Notes under the pieces: model-generated
Databases searched by the model: none
The model's input: only the letters and a program-made list of their open reading frames with translations
Told to the model about the DNA's origin: nothing
Made by a program: the position numbers and the translations under genes
Shown: piece after piece, positions 53,025 through 64,000 of the stretch
Numbering within the stretch: position 1 is the first letter of the stretch
Layout of the letters: each line of letters begins with the position of its first letter
DNA from: Haliotis rubra
Lineage: Eukaryota
NCBI RefSeq assembly: GCF_003918875.1
Contig: NW_025766026.1
Coordinates: 62,001 to 126,000 of the forward strand
Reading direction: 5' to 3'
DNA: 64,000 nt

Positions 53025-53504
53025 ATATTGATAAGAGTGAGTGATTCATTGAGTGAGTGAGTGATGGAGTGAATGAGTGAGTGAGTGAGTATGAGTGGGG
53101 AACTAACGTGGGATCGAAGCTGACGAGCGAACGCTTTCCCTACTAGGCAACCCCACTGCACTGAAAGTATATCAGAATAATAATACGTTAACTTTTCTAT
53201 TGTAATAGCTTGGTCCTTACTACAATTACGCTCGGATCACACTGTACCTGACTGCAGACTTCGGAGTACACCAAGGATGACCCAGCCAATTCTCACTCTT
53301 CCGTCTCCCTGTTTCCTTCAACATGAACCAGGTCTCTGCACCTTGCCACGAATGTAGCCGGCCGTGTGTGTTTTATGTGTACCCCATGGCCATCTCCATC
53401 CTGAATAAAGCGGGCCAGCAAACAACGAAAACTGCTTTTAACTGTGTAAGTTCATGAAAATTTAATGTTCAGATTGTTGTTATTAGTCTCTAAACTAATA
53501 TATA

Positions 53505-55005
53505 CTAGGCACATAAAGAAACCGTGCTTACAAAAATTTAAAATCTAAATTTATCAAACCTGTGTAGACACATAAGGATTTAAACTTAGAGATTAGTGAC
53601 ATGTATCCAACATGCATGCACGTGCCACGTTCCGTGACGTCAGTGGGTTCGTCCTTGAGACGTGCAATACGTTGTTGCACGTGCATTCCGGGAAAGAGAA
53701 ACAGAGCAAATGAATGCCACACAATACTGTCACTTTGGAAAGCTCAACCCCTGTCCTTGCGATCATTCAAACAATTAAACGGCTATTGCAACGCATAGCA
53801 TGCCAAGGCTCACGTCTGCACAACGTCATGAGGCCATAGGGATAGTCCGTGGGGGAATGTCTCAACGACAAGTGGCTGCACATTTCCACTGCCACCGGAA
53901 CACCATTTCTGCACTGGTGAGACGCTACCAGAATCACAAATGACGTCATCGATCGGCCACGTTCTGGACGTCCACGTGTAACAACGCCAAGACAGGACAG
54001 ATGGATAAGGGTGACCCATCTTCGCCACAGGTTTCAGACTGCAGTGATGACTGCCCGAACCATCCCAGAACTTCGCCGTATCCACCCCAACACAGTTCGA
54101 CAACGTTTACGTCATCACAGGATCAGACCACAACGTCCCGCCATACGGCCTATCCTGACACAACGTCATCGACAAGCTCGCCGAATGTGGTGCCGAAATC
54201 ATGTCCGCAGACCCTTGTTTTAGTGGAGAAATGTTGTTTTTATAGATGAGTCCAGGTTTAACATTTCCCATAGTGATGGATGTCAACGTACCTATAGACG
54301 CGTGGGAGAACGTTATGCACAGGCTTGTGTCTTGGAGAGGAATCGCTTTGGTGGTGGTTCCGTGATGATTTGGGGTGGAATAACAGCACGCCAAAGAACT
54401 CCTTTGGTGATTGTTCAGGGGCAACTTAACTGGTGTGGGCTACAGGGATCAGATTCTTCGACCTGTGGCAATGCAACGTCATGGCCCTGGGTTAACCTTC
54501 CAACAGGACAATGCCCGCCCTCATACGGCAAGGGTTGCTATGGATTTCTTGCAACACCACAACGTTGACTTACTGCCTTGGCCTGCAAATTCACCGGCTC
54601 TCTGCCTGATAGAGCATGTGTGGGACGAGATGGATCGACGTCTACGCCGTCTTCCTCATCCGCCAGATAACGTCCTTGACCTTGCTACAGAACTTGAGAG
54701 AATCTGGCGTGACATCCCACAAGCCTTCCTTGCACGTTTGATAGGCTCTATGCGTCGTCGATACACTGCTGTTCTCAATGCCGATGGTGGACATACCCGT
54801 TATTGAGCTTGTGACATGGTCGTTTGACCACTGTCCCGCTTGTGGACTCGTGACGTCATTGTGATTGACTTTTCAATTGAAATTCTCCAGACTTGTTATG
54901 GTCTCATGATCCCTCCATTAAAGTTTATATGTACCTTTGACATTGTTATCGTACTTATCAACTGGGATAATATTTTGACAATGCACAGTTTCTTTATGTG
55001 GCTAG
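53505..55005 (+). mobile_element. Tc1-like transposon, near full length, transposase disrupted
   Basis: TIRs ctaggcacataaagaaaccgtgc / gcacagtttctttatgtggctag with TA on both sides. Transposase ~53800-54806 with MPRL start, DESRF, GGGSVMIWG, FQQDNARPH, WPANSP..IEHVW, GGHTRY; contains frameshifts and stops. Confidence 0.92.
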
Positions 55006-55717
55006 TATCTGATGTGGATTCAATTGCTTTGCTTGGAAAACCTTTTCTTAAATACATTATTATAAAGAAAGAAGAAGGTGACCTGTGTACCGGTGTACTT
55101 GTTTAGCATATCGGGGCATCCTATTTTCACAGCGGGCAGAAGATTGAGATATATGGACACTTTATATTAACAACAGGAACTGTCATAGGATAGTAGGTTA
55201 ATCAAACCGATTCTTTATTAAGAAATGACTGCAAATATCAGTACATGTGGCAATCATGCCTAATTACATAGCAGTTGATAGCTAGTGCTCCATACCTCTA
55301 GGAACCGTCAAACCTTCAGTCAGACGAAGAGGCATGCTAGTTTATACACAGACAATGAATTGTTTAAGTCAATCTGAATTTATGACAGGAATCAGGACTG
55401 ACACGCATGCACGTGTGAGGCGCTACTCCATGTGCAAACTACGTACTTGGGCGTTAGGTTTTAGGCACATAGATGTTCGTGCATAGGCTTTCTTCGTTTA
55501 CAATCATATATTTTATGTTCCGATATAATTTATAGCACATGACAGCCAACATGTAAATGACAAAAATTGAATACATTGAACCAAGTGCTATAAAATCATT
55601 TCACTCTCTCTTTCTCTCTGAACTTGCTTCTCATTGCACAGCAGCTTTCTGAACTTCATAAGTGACATTCAAAATTTCCATTTTGAGCACGAAAATGTCT
55701 TTGAGTATAACTATAGG

Positions 55718-58700
55718 CTAAATTCGCCTCCAGTTGATGAAGAACATAGTGGCCATTGTAGAAACCAGCAGATAGATGTTGGCAGCACAGGATTCTCCCT
55801 TGTCTGAAACTGTAAAGATACATTACAGGAAGCATACTGGACTTCGACCACGAATAGAAATACACTGAAACCTCGTTGGTCCAGAAACTCCTCATTTGGA
55901 CGCTTACATGTTAGAGTGAGTTTGGCTTTTAGCTATAGTCAAGCAATATCACAGCGGGGGACACCAGAAATGGACTTCACACATTGTACCTATATGGGGA
56001 ATCGGGTCTTCGGCGTAAACGAACGCTTTAACCACTAGGATATCCCTACGCCCTCCTTACATGTAAGAACGTCTACATAAATCACAGTATAAAAATCATT
56101 TTTATCATAAACTGAGCCATCACGAGTTATCTCCCTTTATGATCGTTAACGATAAATCATGGCCAAACGTTTTGCGTCTCATTCTGCAGAAGATTAAATG
56201 TTGGTTTTCAAAGATAAGCTAAATAAAGTGATCTTAAGGTCTGCACCTCAGGAAATACGGAATTTACAAGGGTCTTACAGTTCGTACACCCTGTCAAAAC
56301 ACCGTGTAACTAATAATGTCTGGACCCCATGCTATATACATCCTGCACAATGTGCACAGCATGAGTGAATGAGTTTAGTTTTAGTTTTAGCTATGTGGCG
56401 GCGGGCTGTAAATAATCGAGTCTGGACCAGACAATCCAGGGATCAACAGCATGAGCATTGGTCTACGCAGTTGGGATACGATGGCATGTGTCAACCATGT
56501 CAGCGAGCCTGACCACCCGATCCAGTTAGTGGTCTCTTAAGACAAGCATGGGTTACTGAAGATCAATTCTAGCCCGGATCTTCACGGGAAGTGCACAACG
56601 TGACGAAACTAATGAAGAACTAATATTTAAAAAATGTCTGTTCACAATTGTTCCAAATTATACGTTATCCATTAAGGATTTTTTGTATTAAAATCTATTC
56701 TGATCAAGAAAAAGGTCAACAGTAATAACTTCAAGCATTACAAGAAATAACTGTAAAAAACAATATGAAGTCTGTGGCATCGTACAGCCTGTTATCAGAG
56801 AGTTTTCAACACGTTAGTGGCATTGCCTGTGTTTAGTTATGTGAACAAAAACGCAAGATATTTTATTAGCCAATCTAATGAGATGTAATCACTTCCAATG
56901 TATCTATCAAATCATAATCCTTAAAATACATTACGTACCAGGTTCACAGGTGGACTGTCCGAAGTATGGGGGGCAGGCTGAAAAAGTGCACGTGTTTTAA
57001 AACAATAGTTCTTCTGAAGGAAAGAACTAACTGATATTCACACAGTTATTTTAGACATTATTATGCCAGTCATAATTCTCTTCCGTTAAATAAAATTCAA
57101 ATTCAAATCAGACATCTCCCTGACGCATGTTTGAGTGGTTCCACATTAATGGTTTTGAACTTGAAATGGACTTTCACACATTCTAATGTGATATCTGGAA
57201 TCAAGAATAACTTTATTCGTGGTTTCAGTATAAAAGTACTTTGTGGTTAACGAGGTACAGTTCAAATTTTAAAAATAATTCTTGTGCTCCGACATACCCG
57301 TGGACCCACAGATCATTGTAACGATCGCTTCAAGTAGAGCCAAATACCAAGTGAGTGAGTGAGTTTGGTGAAGTGTTTGACATTGAAATGTTACCATTTT
57401 TATGTGACGTCAGTAGGAATGCTGCAGGGTTCACACACAACATTTGTACGACGGTATTGGAACGGGACTGTAGCCTTGGAGCCAGAGTCTGGCGGCGGCT
57501 CCACACGGTTGATCTAGCAGATACACACTGGCTGTTGTTCACCTCCAAACATCCATACATGACGGCAAAGCCGCTGTAGTCTGTGTCCACCACCCAGTAG
57601 GGATATTGGTCTGAAATGACAACACCAGCAATATATGCAATATACCATGAGGATGAAGGTCAGGTTTGCTGGTCTGACTTGGGGTAGTGCTGGTTGTTTT
57701 CATATACAGGGCCCAGATTTTCGAAGCTCTCTGATCGCTAAGATAGTCGTAAGTGCCATACATTAACATTAACTTACGACGATCTTAGCGCTAAGAGAGC
57801 TTCGAAATTCAAGGTCCAGCTACGTACTTGACATAACTAGTTCATAAAGGATGACATTGTTTTACAAGGAAAGAAGAAGGTATAAGAAACATCTTTCCTG
57901 AAAGCGTAGGGAGTTTTCTGCTTGTCTACAGCTTATTTAGGCGCAATATTTAGTTCCGAATAACTCATCCTACATGTCATTAGGTCATTTTATTGTTCAC
58001 ATAATTATATATGACTCCCTCTTCATGCCGTAAATTGTCATAGGAGTATGTTGATACGTGTTCATAACGCAATATTCACCCCACCATTGCTGTCTTTTAC
58101 TTTGAGTGTAAACTTCCCCGGAGTTTCTAATGGTTCCATAATGGCCTCCCTGTAGAAACATCCTTGCTTGTTCCTGAAAAAGAGAGCGATAATTGAATCT
58201 GGTCTCGATTTATACAAGAGAATCGTTCCCCAAGGTAAGTGTTGTATTAAGTCCAGTATATAGAAATTCTCACCAGAGTGTCTTTTGATATCAATTATAT
58301 CAACACGGGTTGATAAAGTTACAAATATCCGAAGCTTGCCGAGGATTTTTACTTTTATCAAAGAGTGATGATATATTTGATACCAGATGACACGAGGGTG
58401 AGATTCTATTTATCATAAAAAATCAATTAATCTTCATTAGTTTTCAATGAAAATGAACAACTAACGTGCCATTAAACGTGCAGTGCAGCGTGTCATAGCA
58501 TTGTGACGTCATCGTGTTTTTTACGTCATAGCATTGTGACGCATGTAATTTATGACGCCAGGGCATAGTACAAAGTCTACTGTCAACATGATATCTCCTA
58601 GGGGATATCGTTTGATCTCACACAAGCAATATCTCCATTGGAACACAGCTTGGGATGATAAATAGAGAATCTCACAATTGTCTTCTGATATCAATAATAT

Positions 58701-61700
58701 CAACACGAGTTGATAAAGTTTCAAATATCCGAGGCTTGCCGAGGATATTTTTACTTTTATCTACGAGTGTTGATAAATTTGATATCAGAAGACACGAGGG
58801 TGAGATTCTATTTATCATCCAAAATCACTCTTCATTAGTTTTCAATGAAAAATGTACATCTCTGAACACGGCACTGTCATTAGACTTGCATTGTTGCTAT
58901 GTCATAGCATTGTGACGTCATCAAGTCATAGCATTGTCAGAGCGTTGTACAAAATCTACTGTCAAATAACATCTCCTCGTGGATATTTGATCTCACACAA
59001 GCAGTATCTCCTGTGGAACACAGTTTTGGATGACCAAGACGTGTATTCATGCTAGAGGAAACATTCCATATTCATTGCAGCACCTCCAGTGTTCCATTAT
59101 CCATACCTTCCTCTGATGAACGCAGACACCTTCCCATCGCTTCCTGCAATGTACTCGTGTTGATAGTCTTGGAAGAGTTCTGACGGAGGGATATACGACT
59201 GGGCCAACCATTCCATTTCATACCAGCTCCCGGAGTACTGTCAGCAATACAAACCACAGTGTTAGACATATTTAGACACAATAAGACCCGTGAAGGTCAG
59301 AGTTAGAATTGATCTTCAGTAACTCATCATTGTCGTAAAAGGCGACAAACGGGATAGGGTGGACGTGGCTTGGTGGACACGCGTCATCGTAAAACGATGT
59401 TTATGTTGTTGATCACTGGATTGTCCAGCCTTGATTATTTACAAACCGCCACCATATAATACAACAACCTTATCAACTATATTGCATGGGGAAAAAGGGA
59501 GTATTCAACACAAGCACGTTACATATAACCTTCAATTTCAGTCACATTGCATTTAAGTAGAAATACCTCCTTAGGAAAATGATTAAATATAATGAAATTG
59601 TGAATGTTCTTTCAAATGTTACATATCTCACCAAAATTCACTTCCAGTTAATGATGTTCGACGGGTTGATAAAAGCTTTGAGCCTAACAATCAGGGAGTG
59701 TGGTAAATGGTTTGGGGTGCACAATATCTTTACAGTAATGCAGTCCACACACTTCTGACAATGACAACGGAGTTTTGGATCACACTAGTGTAAAGGGCTT
59801 CCCCTTGACGGTGTCCTCCACAGATGAAATGACGTCATAATCCGTAACATAATGTTTTCCAGGCAGGCCTTCCTTCAAGTTTGGGACGCTATTTTTAACA
59901 ATGGGTATATACATAGGCGGGTAATATGTCAACAGTGGGTGTAGTTGCTTTGCTAGCTTCGGATTGTGTCAGTTAACGATTTGATAAAGTGGTCTTGCAG
60001 AATCTGCTATCTCACTGGGTAAGATTTAGATGCTGTGTACCTTCGCTATGTCGAAGTCTTGTTGTACTTGAAATGTTGAAACATTGCAGTTTTGACCCTC
60101 TGTTGTCTTGTACTGTGCTGGTACATCACATTCTGGAGGAAGGATGAACAACGATATGAGTTTACTTACAAAAGTTTGTTGCCAAACTGCATGTTGGTTT
60201 CATATACACTAACAAATGTACATTGTTTTAAAAGTTTTAATGGATGATTAAATATTACAAATGTATTCTTTCATCTAATCAAAACAACGCCATACAATTG
60301 GCTTCTGACGACATGAGTATGAACAGAAATAAATGAATAACCGATATTTAGGCACTCGTGTCGTAAACATAGTATGATATGGGCACGAATATAATATTCT
60401 GTTTATTACCGACGTCGTCAAATTGAGGAAAATAAAACCAAATCTACTTCAAACACAGGCTGGCTACCCGCCGTCGTCGCATGTAGAACGCCACGTCACA
60501 GAAGAAACGTGACGTCATAGCCTTGTTCATGACGTCACGTCACCATGACAATGTGATATTTTGCCCTAGGGCATCGCAAGAAAAATATGAACCCCGATAT
60601 GTTCGCCCTCGTAGGTAATAAATAGAGAATACTACATGAGGTCTCATTACATACGAATTATACGAAACTCGTGTCCTTCCTATGGTATCTGACCTCGCTT
60701 CTCTCGGTCAGATACCACTGGAAGGTCACGAGTTTGATTTGCGATATAGGATGAAACAGTGTGATTGTTTAGAAAGAGTTCACCGTTTACGATTTTAAGG
60801 TTACAAGTTTGGCTGAGATTCGATCCTAAACATACGAAGGTCTGTGCTAATCAATAAATTTTAGCAGCCAAAACATTATACCTTAGCCGTGTCAGAGATA
60901 CCAATAATATCACGAAATTGCCAACGATTGACCCCTATAAAACCCGAAAAACGCTGGTTTATAGTTTCAATAATGCGCGGTATGTACACATTTCTAAACA
61001 GCGCATGGTATGGCATGCTTATTTCGCAGTTGATTGATGACGTATTTATTTATTTATTTTTATTTCCCATATTTCATGTACAGGCAAACATGTATAGATA
61101 AGTTTCATAATTATACAATGGTATATGTATACATGTATGAAAATGTACAGTTGGCTGAAAAAGTATAATTGGCTGGATTATCTTCCAAGTAATAGATGTA
61201 ATGTTGACCAATATTGAAAAAAATAATTGCTCAGTTCCCGCTGATATCGTGACATATCATGGTGACGGACAATTTCATTTTTTAAATATTAAACTTTGGT
61301 TTGAAACCATTTATGCTGCATCTGTAGATATAATGTTTGACTACTGAAATTATTTCATTAATCGGATTATTGTTTAATCCTTTCAATCCTAATATAACGA
61401 TTTTATTTGTAAGTTCCACTTGTAACTGTAGTTCAACCATGCATGATTCTATTTATTTCCATAATTTAAAAACAAATTCACATTCCCATAACGTATGATT
61501 GATAGTTTCTCTTTCTTGTTCACAAAATGGCCATATTGGTGAGGATGTGCATCCAATTTTATAAAGTAGTTGTAATGTTGGGGGGATATTGTGGATAATT
61601 CTATATTGCAACCATTTCAAGTCTATGCTTCGCGAACATTTATTTGCAATGATGTTAAAAAGATTCCAGTCATTTTCAGTAAAATTACTCTCTAGAACTC

Positions 61701-64000
61701 TTTTCCATTTTGAAAAACTTGGCAACCGAACAAATTTTGAGTTCAAGAGGGAGGCGTATAATTTTTTACTCCCAATTATGGTGTCAATTTTTGAGACATT
61801 AAAGGGATAAATTGGTTCGCTTAATTTCTTTTTAAATTGCTTTATATTCAGTGTTCGAGCATATGTTATAATTGCCTTTTTCACTGATTCATACGTTAAG
61901 AAATTGGTTTTTATTGAAAACGTATTGGAAAATTCTTTATATGTGAACAGTCTGCCTTCTTCATGTAGTAAATCATTTACAAAAACGACACCTTTTTTGT
62001 ACCACTCAAGATACAGAAAGGGATGACTATCAATTCTGATATTGTCGTTATTCCATAAAGATTGGCATTGTATGTTTTCTTCATTTACAATTTCTCTTTT
62101 ACACATGGATATAAAGTTCGACCATTCTAAAGGTATGTCTTTCCAAAAGGAGTTCGTTGAAGAGGGAATTATTTCATTTTGTATATAGTAACTATCCGTC
62201 AGTAAAGATTGAGTCCTGATTTTAAACTGGTGATGAGAAACGTCCATGTGAGGTCATGACCGCTTATTCTATTTATCTATTTTAGTTTTTGTGAAGATAT
62301 AATTTTTCTAATATTTGGAGTTTTTATCCCCCCCATGCTCTGGGTTTAACATCATTACATCTCTTTTAATCTTATCAGGTTTGTTGGGCGGTGGGGTAGC
62401 GTAGTGGTTAAAGCGGTCGTTCGTCACGCCGAAGACCCGAGTTCGATTCCCCACATGGGTACAATATGTAAAGCCCATTTCTGGTGTCCCCCGCCGTGAT
62501 ATATCTGGAATATTGCTAAAAGCGGCGTAAAACTAAACTCACTCACTATCAGGTTGGTTTTTCCATATGAAATTAAAACACATTTTTAAAAGTCTTTCAA
62601 TGACACATTTTTTCGGATTTGGTAGAGATGAGAATAGGTGGTTAAGCTTTGGTAGTAGAAGTGATTTAAGAACAGTATTTCTTCCGTACCGGGTTAAGGT
62701 ACGAGCTGACCAAATGTTCATTTGCCTTTCAATCTGAGCTAGTTTTTCGTTGTAGTTTATTTCAACCATATTATCAAGATCAATATCGAAATGAATTCCC
62801 AAGAGCGTGAAGTCTGTTTGTGACCAGTCAAAATTCCATTCTTTACATATCTTATATCGGGATCTCTTTTTGGAGCCTATCCATATTAGTTTAGTTTATC
62901 TACGTTGACTTTTAAACCTGAAAAACGGGCAAATAGTTCTAAAGTACTCAAAACTGCATAGAGGGATTTCTCTGATCCGTCTGATGTAAGTGCTGTATCA
63001 TCTGCGAACTGTGATAGAAGATATGCTATACTTCCAAGTTTAATCCACTTTATATTTTTGTTGTTCACGTAATCTAGTTTTTAAATTCCTGATATGGGGC
63101 GATGATTTCGTCCTCCTAAACGAATTGTTCTTATTTCCAGTTATTCAAAATTAATTTTTTATATCATTTGTAAATAAGCATTTATAAATTTGCGCCTGTG
63201 TTCATTTCTTCTCATCTTTCAAACTGTTGCATATTAAGTAGTTCTTACCGTGACACAGAATCCTCGCATAATATAATATTTAAGCGAGGTGGTTGGAAAA
63301 TCAAATGATTAAGCGTTCGCTCGTCATGACAAAGACCCGGGTTCGATTACCCACTTGGATACAATGTGTGAAGCCCATTTCTGGTGTCCCCCGCCGTGAT
63401 ATTGCTGGAATATTGCTAAAATCGGCTTAATCTATAGTCAGTGACACGTATCGTAGTGTCCCTGACCAATTATAGCCTTAAACCGAGGAGATGCAGGAGA
63501 TTTATAATAAGGTGACCAACTGGATGGATGGGTCAGGCTTGCAGACTTGGTACATGTCATCGTATCACAATTAATAAGTGCTCTTGATGTCAACCACTGG
63601 ATTGCCTGGCCAAGACTTTCACATATTGCTGAGTGAGGCGTTAAAAAACAAACAAACCAACAAACAAAGCTTATATGTTTCGTTTATGTCACGGAAATGT
63701 TGCTATTATGGGATCAGATTTATCACTTAATAGTTATAAGTTCTTAGCATCACGTCGATACGTGTTTCTTAAAAGTTTAGTAAAATCATCTTCAAATCTT
63801 CTTCTATTAAATTTTCAATTTTTACGAGCATTCGCACAAAGCAAATATTGATGTTATGGTGTTTATAAAGGAAATACTGTATAAAAATATGCGCGTGGTT
63901 CGTTGACTGGTAAGTAAGGAGTACATCAGAAGCTTTCAAGTAGATTGGCTGATAAGACAGCCACTTTTGGACGCTCACCTGCAGGTGTTCCTAGATCCTG
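55718..64000 (-). CDS. Lipocalin (apolipoprotein D/Lazarillo-like), 5' end outside the window
   Basis: Exons >64000-63979 (tentative), 60132-60041, 59237-59107, 58173-58085, 57610-57395, 56977-56939, 55803-55718. They give lipocalin SCR1 QQDFDIAKYSGSWYE, SCR2 YWVVDTDY and SCR3 VWSR, conserved cysteines and a hydrophobic C-terminal tail. Confidence 0.8.
56362..56588 (-). mobile_element. SINE family 2 copy
   Basis: gagcctgaccacccgatcc...cccggatcttcacggg. Confidence 0.88.
57708..57818. mobile_element. Palindromic MITE (same core as 15163-15277)
   Basis: ttcgaagctctct...agagagcttcgaa; gtcgtaagt/acttacgac. Confidence 0.75.
58258..59040. repeat. Two tandem ~400 bp copies of a hairpin-headed element
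   Basis: gatatcaat..atcaacacg.gttgataaagtt..aaatatccga.gcttgccgaggat recurs at ~58290 and ~58690; each copy forms a palindrome ending gtgagattctattt. Confidence 0.8.
59700..60015 (-). mobile_element. Decayed mariner-type transposase fragment
   Basis: Broken translation DSARP ... PNLKEGLPGKHYVTDYDVISSVED ... LYTSVIQ..CQKCVD resembles the mariner C-terminus. Confidence 0.5.
61060..63075 (-). mobile_element. 5'-truncated Tx1/L1-type LINE ORF2 relic
   Basis: ORF fragments with SQFADD (RT), LKVN..K, WSARTLTRYGR..VLKSL, WLQYRIIH and a C-terminal Cys/His zinc motif (PFCEQERETINHTLWEC). Confidence 0.88.
62386..62547 (+). mobile_element. tRNA-derived SINE family 1 inserted into the LINE
   Basis: Full A/B boxes; TSD-like tatcaggtt on both sides. 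Confidence 0.9.
63286..63430 (+). mobile_element. tRNA-derived SINE family 1 copy
   Basis: gacccgggttcgatt...aagcccatttctggtgtcccccgccgtgatattgctgg. Confidence 0.85.

Noticed and set aside
54411-54806. Functional transposase gene
   Set aside because: The upstream part has frameshifts and stops, and the SPDL motif is mutated; it is a relic.

Overview
AT-rich eukaryotic genomic DNA. The SINE and DNA-transposon landscape suggests a mollusc, probably a gastropod such as abalone (inference). The window is dominated by a cluster of four spliced IFI44/IFI44L-like genes (N-terminal TLDc domain plus C-terminal P-loop GTPase-like domain): gene A (+, 5516-11200) faces genes B, C and D (all minus strand). 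All four reading frames can be assembled intact through plausible splice sites. A and D share a 6-coding-exon layout. B and C have an extra intron inside the TLDc domain and a remodelled GTPase-domain segment. Gene B keeps an open frame but has substituted G1 (CQRDAGQS) and G3 (ESPG) motifs, so it is a candidate catalytically dead pseudo-GTPase. A shared IRF/ISRE-like motif lies upstream of C and D. The right end holds a minus-strand lipocalin (ApoD/Lazarillo-like) gene with a candidate hydrophobic, GPI-type terminal exon. The rest is repeats: two abundant SINE families, 55-, 38- and 43-bp minisatellites, a near full-length Tc1-like element, Harbinger, mariner, L2 and Tx1/L1 relics, hairpin MITEs, a foldback-like element at the left edge and a Penelope-type minimal hammerhead ribozyme. 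There is one assembly gap (52227-52399). Exon boundaries were derived by hand without transcript evidence.
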